Shown here in pieces: positions 11,424 through 25,100 of a stretch of DNA of 64,000 bases; positions within the stretch are counted from its first letter, which is position 1, and each line of letters opens with the position of its first letter. Source of the stretch: Lepidodermella squamata (taxonomy: Eukaryota; Animalia; Gastrotricha). The DNA is taken from the NCBI GenBank assembly GCA_047495785.1, contig JBLDXI010000013.1, forward strand, positions 1,922,001-1,986,000, written 5' to 3'. The translations under genes and the position numbers were made by a program. Below the pieces are notes generated by a model that was not told where the DNA came from, searched no databases, and saw only the letters and a list, made by a program, of their open reading frames with translations.

Positions 11424-12974
11424 TCTTCGTAACCAAAAAGATAAAAACTGACAGCTACGAATTTCGTACTAGCTCACTTTTCTGCGGTTCCTTTTCGTTT
11501 TGTCAGACGCTCCCGCGGCAGGACATAGATAAGCAGTATATTCTGATTACAAACTCGTGCTTTGAAACCGTCCGTTCTCTAATCTCAAGGTTAAATTATC
11601 ACCGTTGCGAAGAAGAAACGTACCTACATTATCAGTCATTTCACCGTTACCATGGGCGATTTTTAGCACGTCAAGACTCCCTTTACGTATTCAAATAATC
11701 GCTAATTAGCGTTGTCCCATTCCGTCCGCTGATAAATTACATGAGTTTCCCTTCTCGGTTCTTCTTACCATGAACTCGTTTCAGCCCTTGATTTAGATTA
11801 AACAATGCTTTTCCAGGTTATCAACTTTTTATTTCTTGTTCAATTTTTTCGCTATTACACTTGACGTTATAACAATATACCAACGCATGAACGGCTAAAA
11901 GCGCATTTTGGTATCTGACATCGTCGACACCTCTGCTCGAGCTCAGCTTTTGCATACAGGTAAAAAAGAGAATATATAATACATCGTACAGAGCAATAAA
12001 ATGATAATAGCATGTAATTAAATGGGAGCAGTAGAGGTAAACATTAGATACGCATCACTTTCATCCTTTTTATATTTGTACAACGCATTCCGACACATTG
12101 CATTTGTGCGCGTAATAAGGGTGTATATCCCGCGATTCACGGCTTGATCAATTTTTACTAAAACGAGATAGCTAATACATCTTCTGCTAAAAAATAATGA
12201 TGTAAAAAATTCAAAAAAACAGCAACAACATGCTTTCCCCGTTCGATTGAAGACCACGTGATTTTTCAAGCCAGTGAGAAAAATGAAGAGCAGGTGGAAA
12301 AAAGAAGAAGAAGAAGAAGCATTATGCAGTATTACTACTATATATTTACAATAAAAACTGAAAAATATTATCAATTTTTCACAACAATTTTTCGGTTGGA
12401 AGATTCTTTTTCCGCTACCGTACGATAACATAGAATTTAATGCAGTGAAAAATTAAAACGGAGAGAGATTCTCGAGAGTAGAAAAAGAGGAACGATATCA
12501 TTATTATAAATAAAAAAACGCTTTTTTGGTCCAGGTTAAGTTGGAAATGTGTTCGAATTCTCGTATTTTTCATGTAAATAAAACTGCATATAAACGGAAT
12601 CAGTAAATTTTATATATCGCTGATACTGAGAGAGAAATTTAGAGCACAACCTCGAAAATTTATCGACTCGCGAATCCATCATTGGTCGTTAGATATAGTA
12701 CTACACTTGTTAGCATGGGAACAAAACACAACAACACCAGAAAGGAGCATCTCACCGGATTTCGCACGGTTTGTTCGCAACTTTGTACACGCCTAATTGT
12801 TGTTAGAGTGCGAGAGAGTAAAGAGGCCTGAACTAGGGTGAGAAATTTCATCATCATTTCAATCATCATGTTATTATTTTTTGTTTATACTACACTAAGA
12901 CAGCAGTAAGCTAACAGACTGGCAAGTTTTCATCTCATATTTTATCTAAGTTTTGAGGTGGAGGATTCATTATT

Positions 12975-15900
12975 TCACGCCATTGTCCTGTCGAAAATCG
13001 GGTGTGAATATTGGGTGGGCGCCATCTGAGGCGGCTGTTGCAACAAATGCGGGTTACTTCCGCCGAACATGGGCGGCATCGGCTCCTGTAATTGCGCGTA
13101 CGTAGTCTGTATGGGCGCCCTCGAACGTGGCGTGTTGTTCACGGCGATTTCCGTGTAAATCTGCGACGACGGCGGGTTGCCGTGATTAGGGTTGTCGTAC
13201 AAACCGTTGTTATTATTGTTGTTATTACTAGCATTGTTGTTCAAGTTCACGTAGCCGAGCTGACCTAGCGAATTTCCGCTGCCATTCATCGGCTGTTCGC
13301 CGCCGTATGGTCTTCAATATGAAAATGGAAGAAATAATTGAGATTTAATTACGGTCTAATGTGTCAACTTTTTTCGTCGCTTCATCATCATCTTATCCGG
13401 AAACGAACACATACATACTAATGACTCGCAATAACTTGATATGACACGTATATACAGCAGTAGTGGTAGTCATTGTTGCAATTGTGTTATCGTGGAAACA
13501 AAAGCGAATATATTAAAAGATAAATTGACGTGCTGCTACTATTCGAGGCACGCTTGCTGTTTGGCCCGGCAGGTACGTACGTCGAGCAAGCGAATACATT
13601 AGAGGATGCGCCGCCAAAACAAGCGAGCTGTTTATTGCGAAACACACTACGTGTTTGTGCCCGGCATTTGCGACTACTACTACTACTACCCGACAGGCCA
13701 GGTTTGCAGCGGCTGCTGCTGTTGCGCCGTCGGCCCGGTAACAGCGCGAGGGGGATTTCGGTCAACCGCCGCGAGCATTCACAACGTACAAGAAGACACG
13801 CAGCCAAATGACACTGTTATTTACTGTTTATTTGAGCGAGAGACGACGTATCACCACAACCACCACTAACGACTCGAACGACGACGACGGCGGCAGCGAA
13901 TAATAAGAGCCGTAAATAATGCTGGTTTTTTCAGCGCAAGGCCCTCCGCCAGAAATAGCCGACACGGTACATTGATAAAAACCGCCTTAAAAACAGCGCG
14001 CTCTGCTTTTTACGCGCAAACATAAAAACGTAGTAATAATAATAACGCAAAATAACAATAATAATAATAACGGCCTATTGAGCCGCACAAGCCCCCTTAA
14101 AATCCGGCCCTTCGACTGCGTAAATGTTGTTTGTTGTTGTTGTGTTCATCACGTTGTTTTTCGACTTAAACCGCCTGCTGCACAAACAGAGTCATTTTGC
14201 GGGAGTCAAGTGGGCGCGTCGACGGCGAACAAAACGGCCATTTAGAGCGGCGCAAAAAAGCTGCTACGCTGTGTTTATAAGCCTTAATTTCCTGCGTGGG
14301 AATACTGTTTTGTAAAATCAATGGGCTGCGTTATATTTGTTTAGTTGTTATAGCCGTAGCGTCGCGTGTCGTTCTGTTGATACTGCGAGAGCTGGATGAT
14401 TTGCAAATCAAGAGGATGTGCCCGCGTGCGAAAACAAACGAAAAAGGTGTCGCAATAATAATACTACTACTAACAGCCGCCTTAAATTTGCCATTAGGAT
14501 TAACAGGCCCATTAAAAACGATGTAATGCCACTTACCCAGCTGACATGTAGAGCGGCGCTGGGGCCGGGACTTTGTCGATCGGGGCGGGCGAGCGGCCGG
14601 TTTGCGGCTGCGGTTGGTAACCAGCCGGTGCCATTTTCGGTTGGTAGGGCGCGAAACCCGACGCCGGCGCCACTCCGCCCTGGTTCATCGGCGGTTGGCC
14701 GCCTTGATTCATATTAGCCAAGTTCAAGGGCCGATTGTTGTTGGCATTATTATTCAGCATCGGCGGTGGGTTCTGCGAAGGCGGCAGACCCATTCGGCCC
14801 GTGACGGGCGGCTGCTTCGGCGGCGCCTTTTTCGCACTCGGGCTCTGCCGGCCTCGCACCTTGATAACGATGACTATCACAGCGATGACTAGGCCGACAA
14901 AAACGACGCAGCCAATGACGATGACGGCGATTTTCCAGTCCTCCAGTCTGTCCGAGTTTACGTTGGCCTCTAAACAAGTAAATAGGTAGCATGTAAACAA
15001 AACTGGTAAGTAAAAATCGAAGACGACGAAGAAATTACCATAGACAGGTGGAAATCCTCCTATCGTAGCGGCGCGCGAGAGAACAAACATAAAAACGAAT
15101 AAATAAACAATATCGATCAGAAAAAGCTTCGGTGCAAAAAGCCATCAACACAAGCAAATGACAACAACATGCGAGCGGAGATTTTCAGCAATATGAAAAT
15201 TTCATATCGCAATAAATTCTCGAAAAAAATCAAAATCTCCGCTCGCTAATTTAATTAGGACATGCAAGAGGCAAAAATGTTAAATTCTCCCGCCTACCTG
15301 GCCTGTACGGTTTTGTCGTCGCTGCAGCTGTGGTCGTGCTAAGGAAAGGGTCTGGAGAGAACGAGGATAATGAATCATTAGTATTGTAAATTAGTAAATT
15401 GGTTTAAGGTACTCTGATCTCATCTGGACCTAGCGAAACTAACCGAAAATAAAGTGGTAACAGTCTGGATGTCATTAAAAGTTTTATAACTACTGATTCT
15501 ATCACTGGCTGGCTTATTTATAGACGCTAATTTAACGGCCGAAAACTCACTCAGCAAATCGTAAAATTTAACGATGCGGTCGGTAGATGCCATGGATTCT
15601 GTTGAAACTCGGCAAGCGACACGATAATCATTTTCCAGGCGATTTCTCACGATTTTCGTGTACAGTTCACGGCAATCAGAGGCGTTGAGCATATAAAGAT
15701 CTGGATAATTTGGCACATTTCCATTGGCGTACGACGGCTGGAAAGTCGCGTAAAACGACCATTCGTACTTGAGATTCTCAGTTTGAGGGCAAATTGCCGC
15801 ACTGCAAGTAAAAACGCAGTCGCCTTGTTTCGCGAACGGATAAGTCACTGAATCATTTGCTTGAATGACTTTGATATCTGAGATTATAGGATCGAATGAG

Positions 15901-16858
15901 AAGTTGACTTGAAAGGGAACCCGGTCAGTTTGGGTCCCTGCCAAAGTAGCGACAGCTGTAGCCTTGATGGCACAAATGCGATTTTGAACAAGGTTTTCGC
16001 GAGTGAAATGATAACGGTAACGATATCCGGCGGGCAAGTCCCTAAATCGAGTGAAAAGAGAAAATGAAATAATATGAAGATAATACGACCATACCCGATC
16101 TGAAAATTCGCCGGACCTTGTCCGTCTTCCACGATAAAACTGTAAGTTCCATTATTAGGCGAAAATTCAGGAACGGTGAAGGAGAAATCGCTGCCGTATG
16201 GTGGAGGGAAAGGGTTGTAACCTCTGCCTACTCCGATCGCAATTTGACAGTCTCCAAACCGCAGATCAATTGTTCCATTGTAGGCGAAAGTATCTGCCCC
16301 ACTGAACCCAGTAAGTCGTGAAAGAGAAACGGGAGGAAAATCTGGAGGGTCCACATCTACGCTAAGGATCCTTGGATTGACTAATAAAGAAAATAAGGGA
16401 AATCAAAAAGCCGAAAACACCAAATCAAATTTACCCCCGATGTTGACATTGTTCCCGTTTGACGAATTTGAACTCTTATAAACAGTCAGAGTGTCCGAAC
16501 AGAAGCCGTAGTAGTGATCATTGATTTTGTAGGATTGCCCGTTGAAACGTATCGACGAAGGCTCCAGTGTAACATAGCCAGATTGCGGATTGTTAATGCA
16601 AGTAGCGCCAATGAAACAGGTATTAGGAGCAGTCTTCTTAAAAATTGACATTCCCACACAGGGAGGTGAGAATGTAAATGTAACAGTGGCATTTTCTCCG
16701 TAATTGATCCATTGCGGCTGGGCAGTGATATTGAAAACAGCATTTTGTGCTAAAACAAAGAGCTGAATGAACACTTCCAGGGTAATGAAGAAACGCATAC
16801 CTGTGACGATTTGCGCCACAAATAACAGCAACGGCGCTATAAAAACGGGCGGCCGCAT
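12975..16858 (-). CDS. Single-pass Ig-superfamily receptor with ~3 Ig-like domains and a Pro/Asn/Tyr-rich tail (~7 exons)
   Basis: Signal peptide MRPPVFIAPLLLFVAQIVTG; Ig signature FTCSA..YEWSF..YRVACRVS; Thr-rich stalk exon (~15298-15351); TM IAVIVIGCVVFVGLVIAVIVIVI followed by KVRGR; in-frame splice to the last exon at 12975-13312. Confidence 0.75.
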
Positions 16859-17698
16859 CAGTTATTCAACTTCTAAATATAAGTAGTGGACATGTAGAAA
16901 TAAATAAGTCAGCATCAAAACGACGAAATCATTAGAGCCGAAGCCTACATCCCATAATTAGCGGTATTGATTGTAATCAGACGAAAAAATAAATCAGCCC
17001 AAAACCGAATTCCCGACCATGTGAGCTCTAAGAGCCCGAGTCACTCGGTTCTAGTTCTAGGTTCGCGGTTCTAGTGCGATTAAGAAATCATGCCATTCAA
17101 TCAACAATCAACAACAGATAATAACACTGGCTCAGCAGTATAAATGTGCTCATTGACCAAGTACAGCACCGTAGATAAGAGGTGGCACTAAGCAGTTGCA
17201 CAGGATAGTTGTCAAGAATTTCGTCCAATAAGTACGAGGTTTGACAAAATTGGCACTAACCTACACGCTACACGGTGTTTGGCATTCACTTACTCAATCT
17301 AGTACTTGCGCGACTGCTTCATGACCATCATACTTACTCAGATACTTATACCACATACCCATAGGCCCCTTCCAAAATAACTTGAAACTTGAAACAAATA
17401 GTTAAAACAGAGAGACTTTGAGGAGCTGCAGTGATTCTAATTGATAATGGATGCACGATTCAGATTGCTAAATAAAAAAAATTGAATTTGAGACGTTCAA
17501 CGTTCAACTGATGAGATATTGCTAAGGGCACAGGGAAACAGATTAGATGATCGATGCCGTCGATCTAGAAGTTTGCTGAAGTACAACGCCCAAACAGCAT
17601 GCGAAAAATAGAAAAAACCTTCGGTGGCTTCTGAATTGTATTATATATATCTTACATCTTACATCTTGTAACAAACAGCAAGTAGCAAGTAGCAAGCA

Positions 17699-20223
17699 AT
17701 GAAAGGCGGGGACTCTTTTGTAGAATTCCTAACAAGTGAGTGTTCTGGCGCGAAAAATAATTGCGCTAGATTTTGAATTCGAAAATTCGAATGATTAATG
17801 TCTTTCACCGAGTTTTGGCAGTTTTCACTTAAATTAAAAATATTTTATTTATATTTTCGGATAAAGTTTTATTATTTATTTGCCGCAGTTAATTTTTTTC
17901 AAAAAGAGGATCGAGGATTTGTCTTGCGATCTTGCGGGATTTCGTGAATCCTGAATCCTGCCCTACAGGTTCTGTCTGTCTGTCCTATTGCCCTCCCTCA
18001 ATACTCAATAACTGACCTCTGATCTATCTATGTTCCTTTCAAATTCAAATGTGTTCCAAGCTTCCGCATAAGAAATCCGTGCTTCTAGCAGACGAGTGGG
18101 GATAGATAATAGATACTGTTAAGCGGAAACAAGCTGTTGTAGAGATCACCCTTTAATGCTAAATGATGATTTGTTATATTCAATTTTTAGAGCTTCAGCT
18201 CTTTAAAATATTTGATATGGGCGACCAGCATTGGTTGCTAGCGCGTCAGAATGTGCAGAATGTCATTCAAAGATGGGAATCTGGTCGTATGACCAGAAGC
18301 TCGACAGCTCTGCCATATTATTATATGCTCTCCAGTCTTCGGGAGTCATCCGACTTTCTCTCTGAAGGAACACTTTTTGCGAGAACTGACGGTGAATGCA
18401 CGACTTGCCTCATATTGAACACGTTTGTCGATGGATTGCTTGTGACAAAGGCCAACGAGGACGTCATCAGTGTATTCGTGGAAAGCGTTAACTTCATTCT
18501 CAAGGACTGCAATCATTCTCAACTGCCACGCAGTTGTCTCCCTGTTTCAACTCGACAAAGCGCTGCCTTTTGTGCCATTTTCATGCGATGCTGGCTGGAA
18601 AACTTACCATCGTTAAGTTTGGCCGTCGATTTTCTTCATTTAGACTTGAACGATTTCATCGAGAGCATTCAAGTTATGGCCAAAGATTCATCAGTTGCCG
18701 CTCATGCGTCTGCAATGATTATCAGTCTACATGAGCTAGCGAATCTATTCGTTCACAAATGTACCATTCGCGATGCTGAAACTGTGCAAAAACTTGTCTC
18801 TGATATATCGACTTATTTTCTCAATGAATTCTGTCAGCACTTCATTTCTATAAACGATAAACACTTGCTGTCTAATTGGTGTAATAGTCAATTCAATGAA
18901 CTTATTTTGCTCCGTAATCAAGAGAACAACAGATATATCTCACGAGGTTACCTCTCTGATATATCTATTTACGACGAGGTGTGTCTCCAAAGAATGTCGT
19001 GGTTTTGGAACAACGATATTAATTTGAAAGAAGGCAAGGCTCTCGTATCAAAGTTTCCCGATAACTCATTTCTAGTCGTAACGAGGTCAACGGTCTATTC
19101 GAACACTGATTCAACGGAAGCTGTTATGTTGTTGAAAACAAATTTGGGCATTGAAGAACACTTCTTCCAGCGATCTGTCAAGTCTGGGTTGTCGATTTGG
19201 TCAGGTCGGGATGGCGAACGAACTTATCATCTGCTAATTGACCTGATCAACTCGCAATTTTCTTCCTTGCTTGAGAAGTCATGCGATCGTTTCATTTCCG
19301 TTTCCAAATGGATTCATGACCCTGTCGTATTCGGCACTCTGCCTAAATCGGCCTTTTCCAAGCTCATGTATGAAGTCGAGACGAAGCAGGCCAAGCTCAA
19401 TCAAGCGTTGGAGTCGGCTCAAACTGAATTTGCCACAACTCAATCTGATATACAAACTGCCAGAAATAACAACACATTACGCGCTCTGTCACAAATGATC
19501 AATCTCTACGAGGAGCAAATGAAGCGATTAAAAGATTCCCAAGATGTGTTTGGTAAACAGGGCGGTTCTTTCTCCAGTACAGACGCCACAAGGCTTGACA
19601 ATGCGGGAAATATGATTGAAATGAAGATTAAATCGCTATTAGATCAAAAGGCTGATTTGGAGACTAAATTATTGAAAGCTAATAGCCAGAATTTTTCAAA
19701 CGTTCAAGCTATGATGCGATCCCAACTACAAGCAGCTAGCTTGGATGCAATTCAGCTGCGAACGGCTTTGGCTAACGAGTCGTTGCTCTCTTCTTCCGAT
19801 AGTGAAGTTTTCGTTCATAATTTGTCGTTTGACGAAACTGAGAGTCCGTTATGGATGGCCCCTGATGGTTTGAAACGCGAAGAGGCTGAGCAGATATTAG
19901 CCAGTGCAGAGGATGGCACCTTTTTAGTTCGATGTCGCTTCGCCTCAGCTTGGCAAGCTGCGTCAGACCCGCGGCCTTACGCCATTTCGTTCCGGTGGAA
20001 AGGCCAAACTCATCACATTTTGATATATCGCATCGACGCGCAGGGTCGTGGTTGGTACAGCCTGGTCGATAGTCATGACACAGACGAAGCAGAGCGTATG
20101 GGTAACTTATTCAACAGCTTGATCGAGCTGATTGCTCACTATCGAACAAATAAACTGCCAATCGAAAACGAGGCATCACCGGGCTACGGTGCAACATTAT
20201 CAAAACCGATGTGTTCTCGTTAG
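17699..20223 (+). CDS. Divergent PI3K regulatory subunit (p85-like): possible degenerate SH3, nSH2, iSH2 coiled coil, cSH2
   Basis: cSH2 LWMAPDGLKREEAEQIL..DGTFLVR..YAIS; iSH2-like TQSDIQTAR..ALSQMINLYEEQ; degenerate nSH2 SWFWNNDI..DNSFLVV. A putative exon 1 at 17699-17735 splices in frame to 18191; otherwise the start is ATG 18217. Confidence 0.75.
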
Positions 20224-20313
20224 ATTAGTGAAATCGTAGTTTTTTAAATTAAAGTATTTTTATTATCGTTGATAAATTTTTTTTATTCAACTTGATAGAT
20301 TTTAATATAGAGG

Positions 20314-21651
20314 ATGAGTGGTGCAAGTTACGGCGGCGACGAAGTAGGCGCTGTAGTGGTTGATATCGGCTCTTCTGCTGTTCGAGTCGGTTATGCGGGT
20401 TACGATGCTCCAATCGGCGAATTTCCTTCTGTATGCAGTGTCCTCCCGACACTGGAATCAAATGCAATGGAAACTAATACTGCTCAAAATGGCTCCCCCA
20501 CGCCGGGTTCAAACGGGACTGTTGGTAATCAACAGCAGCAGCAGAACTACTTTTTTGGCAATGAATCACTGTCCGTACCACGTTCGAAGGCTAACATTGT
20601 TCCGATTTTAAAGGACGGACTCGTTGAAGACTGGGATTTGTTTGAACGTCTGATGAAGTACATTTACAAGCGGCATTTGAATAGCGATTCCCTTTACCAC
20701 CCAATTCTTATGACGGAGGCGGCTTGGAACACTAAGATAAAGCGCGAGAAAATGACTGAAATAATGTTCGAAAAGTTCAATGTCCCTGCGTTTTACCTCG
20801 CGAAATCTGCCATGTTATCCGCATTTGCGAATGGCCGTTCGACCGCTCTGATTTTAGACAGTGGCGCCGCTCAGACATCAGCTGTTCCAGTTCATGACGG
20901 TTACGTGTTGACCCAAGCGATTCAGCGATCTCCTTTAGCTGGCGATTTCATTAATATGGAGAGCAAACGCGTTTTGGCTGAAATGGGAATCGATATCGTG
21001 CCGTCGTACCTGGTCGCGTCGAAAGAGACTGTCAATTCGGATCAAACACCCCGATGGTCAAGGCGGAATCTTTCAGCGGAAATAACCGAATCGTACCATA
21101 ACTACCAGGTTAAAGAGGTGCTGAAAGACTTTGCTGCTTCGGTACTTCACGTATCTGAGGTTCCTTACGACCGAGAGTTGGTCGATACGTTGCCGACTGT
21201 CTACTTTGAAATGCCAAATGGGTTTAATCGCCACTTCGGGGCTGAGAGGTGGCGAATTTCGGAGCCGCTAATGGATATTTCCTTGCTTCAAGCTCACATC
21301 GGCGGAGGTCTCGCGCCCTCCTCCGCCCTGGCGTTGCCTCAGTTGGTTCTGAACAGTATTTCCCTATGTGATGCTGACGTTGGCTCAGCACTTTACCCGA
21401 ATATTGTAGTCGTCGGCGGAAATTCGCTGATTCAAGGCTTCACGGACCGGTTGAACCGCGAGCTAGTCTCGCGCATGGGCCCGAACATTAAAATGCGCGT
21501 CACCTCAACGCAATCGACGACCGACCGTCGATTCTCAGCCTGGATTGGAGGTTCAATTCTGACGTCCCTCGGCACCTTCCATCAAATGTGGATCACAAAA
21601 CAGGAGTACGAAGAAAGCGGCAGGAGCATTGTCGAGAAAAAGTGCGCATAA
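20314..21651 (+). CDS. ACTL6A: Actin-like protein 6 (BAF53/Arp4), intronless
   Basis: MSGASYGGDEVGAVVVDIGS, HPILMTEAAWN, RRFSAWIGGSILTSLGTFHQMWITKQEYEE are hallmark BAF53 sequences. Confidence 0.95.
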   Translation: MSGASYGGDEVGAVVVDIGSSAVRVGYAGYDAPIGEFPSVCSVLPTLESNAMETNTAQNGSPTPGSNGTVGNQQQQQNYFFGNESLSVPRSKANIVPILKDGLVEDWDLFERLMKYIYKRHLNSDSLYHPILMTEAAWNTKIKREKMTEIMFEKFNVPAFYLAKSAMLSAFANGRSTALILDSGAAQTSAVPVHDGYVLTQAIQRSPLAGDFINMESKRVLAEMGIDIVPSYLVASKETVNSDQTPRWSRRNLSAEITESYHNYQVKEVLKDFAASVLHVSEVPYDRELVDTLPTVYFEMPNGFNRHFGAERWRISEPLMDISLLQAHIGGGLAPSSALALPQLVLNSISLCDADVGSALYPNIVVVGGNSLIQGFTDRLNRELVSRMGPNIKMRVTSTQSTTDRRFSAWIGGSILTSLGTFHQMWITKQEYEESGRSIVEKKCA

Positions 21652-22121
21652 GAGGCGCTAAATATGCATGTTAGAAAAAATCTAATTATCCACCTTAATG
21701 ATTGAAAATATTTGAACGCAGTTGACAGTTTTAGGTTAACCGTTCAATTAAATTCAATTAGTGTACGTAATCTAATTTTGTCGGAGATATTTATACGCTT
21801 TGAAATTTCTCGAACTAAGAGTTGCAAGGCAATTTCTATTTTCAAAGTAATTAAGGTGGATAATGTGGTTATTTCTGTTCGGCTCATACGCATTTGCCCA
21901 ATTTTTAAAATCGACGAGTTTTTCGTTAGTTGTGTTAATGATCATTTGTGACGATAAAAGCGGTGTCATCATTTCTCTCGTCTCTTGTCATCATCTTTTT
22001 TATTATTATGCTTTGTCTCATTCGAAAATTTTTGTGAAAAAAATGCAAGTAAAACTTGAAACGAGTACGCTATAATGTGTTTTGAATTCATGTTGATAGA
22101 TGGTTTAAAGACAACTGACCT

Positions 22122-25100
22122 ATGGCCTACTACCAGAACCAACAGCGCAGTGGGCCGCAGGACGTTGGCTCGTTTGCGCACCATCTCGACACAATGTGGC
22201 GCGACCGCCGCTCGAATTGGAACAGCAGTGGCGACATTTTCGCAACACTTACCAGCTACTTCAACCAGGCCCCGAATCCTTACCTGGCCTTCCTAGAGCT
22301 GGTTGACTGCCTGCCTGATCAGTCTTCCGACTCGCCAGACACCCTGTACAACTGCGTTTGGAAGCACTTTTGCACGTGGTTGGAGCAGCGATCACGGCCT
22401 CCTGAACGTAACCACCATCATCACAACTATCACCGCCACAATAACTACCAACAACCGCAACCGCAAAATGGCAACTGGGCCGATCAGCGGGCTCGATTTT
22501 TGACGCATGAAGTTATGAGCCGAGCCGCGTTATTGGCGCTGAAAAACAATATGAAAGCTTTCACTACGGCGTGTACGTTGTTTCGTTTTTCCGATATCAA
22601 ACAGCACCAATGCGAGGCAGTTGTTGACATTTTTTCGCGGGAAGCGCGCGAATTAGCGACAGAACGCGACTTTCAATCGCTAACCGTGATTTTCGATCAA
22701 TTGATCGATATTTTATCGCCGAGTGATTTGGTTGACGACGAATCGTTGAAGCGATTAACCCTGTATTTGATCAGTATAAATGAGAGTCAAATCGCGAGAA
22801 AAATTCTCGGCAAAATCTGCCCGGTCGAGCGCATTCATGCGATTTTCACGTTCGTCGATTCAATTGTTGGTTCATCGTCGCAGATCGAGCAGGACCATGT
22901 TGTTAGGCGTGAACTTGGCCAAGCCGTTGTTGACAACAGCCGCGTGTCAATTCAGGGCATGTACACGGTTGCGACCAAGTTGGCGAAAGATTTGGCTGTG
23001 CCGTGCAAACACTACCCTAACATCACATTCGTCCAGCTTAAAGGGACCACGAAATTCATAACCAGTGCCACATTTGGCTGTGAGGCTGAAATGGACATTA
23101 CCACCTTTCGAGAATCGATTGAAGTAATTTTTTTAAATTTTATTATCGACAAAATTAAGTGTGATTTTTCTATAGGATTTGGCAGATTTAGACGAGCGAT
23201 TTCCGCCTTTTGTCGTAAAATACCTGATTCAGTATGGCTATTACGACGAGGCGCATTATTTTGCTGAAAAGTTCAAACTCGACGACATTTTGTCGTCTCC
23301 AACGTTCCAAAACTGGACACCAAGCGCAGATAAGGCTGTTGATTTCACGCAGCAAAGTAACGCCCTGGGTACTAGTGACGAATTTTCGGCCGTTTTCAGC
23401 AGTTACTGTTATGATTACCCACTTTCGGATGATACGATAATTTTTGTTGACTCCCTCGACGGCTACCGATCAGCCCTGAATCACATTCTGTCTCTCGCGT
23501 CTTCCAACCAGGACCACTTGCATCGGTGCGTCGGCATCGACACGGAGTGGACCCCGGTGCACCGACCTGATCGCAAACAAGCCATTTCAATCCTTCAACT
23601 AGCTCTTATTGATCGAGTTTATATTATTGGTTGGATTTTTCTAAATGAATTTTTGGAATGTTATTAAGGTTGATTTTTTCTGATAGATATCGAAAATCTA
23701 TCTCCCCGGCTCACTGCAAGTGATTGGCTATTGTTGGATAATTTGTTCAAATCTCCTGAAATTAAGAAACTCACCTACGCTTTCAAATCAGACCTGTCTA
23801 TGTTAAAGTAAGTCGCCATAGGCTTTTTAGTTTTTAATTTAATTTCATTAATGATTAAGTATTAATTATCAGTAAAAACACATTTTGAGCAAATGATCGC
23901 CCATAAAATGCCGTTTCAAAGTTCTAAGTTCAAAGTTCAAAGAAAAATTTCAAATAATCTGCCAATGAATGATTTCGTGATTTTCAGTTTTAGGGCTATA
24001 AAAATGATAAATTCCTGAAATTTTGTCCCGCTGTTAGTTTACATTTTTTTTTTAACTTTTTCAAAAGAGCCTCGAAATTTTGAAAAATTTTAATATTAAT
24101 TTTTGGTGAAACTTTCATTTTTTATGTTTTCGAACCGACCCCTCAATTGGGTTGGGGTATTCTGAGAATGTTATTTTTTATCAATATTGAAAGAAATGAA
24201 CTTGGTATTTCAGAATACAGTTTTATCAATAATTTTGTTATTTTTCAGGTTTTCATTTCCTGAAGCTGCTAATATTGATTTGGCCAAGCTTGTGACTCAT
24301 GTCGATTTGGAACGACTCACTCATCAAGTTTGGAAAGCCCTCCGAGCCGTCGACTGTGGCCCGCTGACCCTGTACAACGGTTCAGTTGTACTCGACGCAA
24401 CATCAACCGCAATTCCGACCAGCCTGGCCGACGTTGCCCGGGCGTTCCTCGGCCGCCGGGTGCCGAAAATGTACCGCCTATCGAACTGGTCGCGTCGGCC
24501 GCTATTTCGAGGCCAGTTGCTATACGCGGCTGTTGACGCGTTTTGCCTACTGGAAATCTACCGCGAGATCAGTGTTATCATTGCCACTCAAAAGCTCAAA
24601 GTCTCGATTGAAATTTCGCATCTGAGAAAGGGCGATGTCGCCCTACCGAATACGAGCGAGTCGCCGGATTTACCACCCAACCAGCCCGGCGATATTCGCC
24701 TGTTATGCGACGCTCTCCTCACCGATGTCGGCGCGTATTTGCGCCAACTCGGCTTCAACATTGAAATCGTAGGCGATGAAACTGAGCCGTCGATAATGGC
24801 GGAACGCGCGGCGATGGAGCAACGGATTGTTATAACTGTGCCGCATTTAGTGCCTCGATACGACACCTACTCGATTAAGGTGGTTGGCGTGCCTTTTGGC
24901 ACCCTACAGGAACAGGCTGATTTCGTCGCAACCCGCCTTAATGTGCAGATCAATTGCGAGGATAACAAGCCGAACGCGGCCTTTGACCCGATTCAGCGTG
25001 TTCAGCAAATCGCGGCCCGGCGCCGCGAGGAGGTCATGTACACCATCCAACCAGACCCGGACCGGCCGCCGCACGAGCCGATGTTCACGGCGCACTGCCA

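Noticed and set aside
12018-12869. ORFs at 12018 and 12660
   Set aside because: Low-complexity AT-rich sequence downstream of the receptor stop, most likely 3' UTR.
13487-14526. ORFs inside the last intron of the Ig receptor
   Set aside because: Microsatellite- and CG-rich sequence with no domain signal; an alternative exon cannot be excluded but is unsupported.
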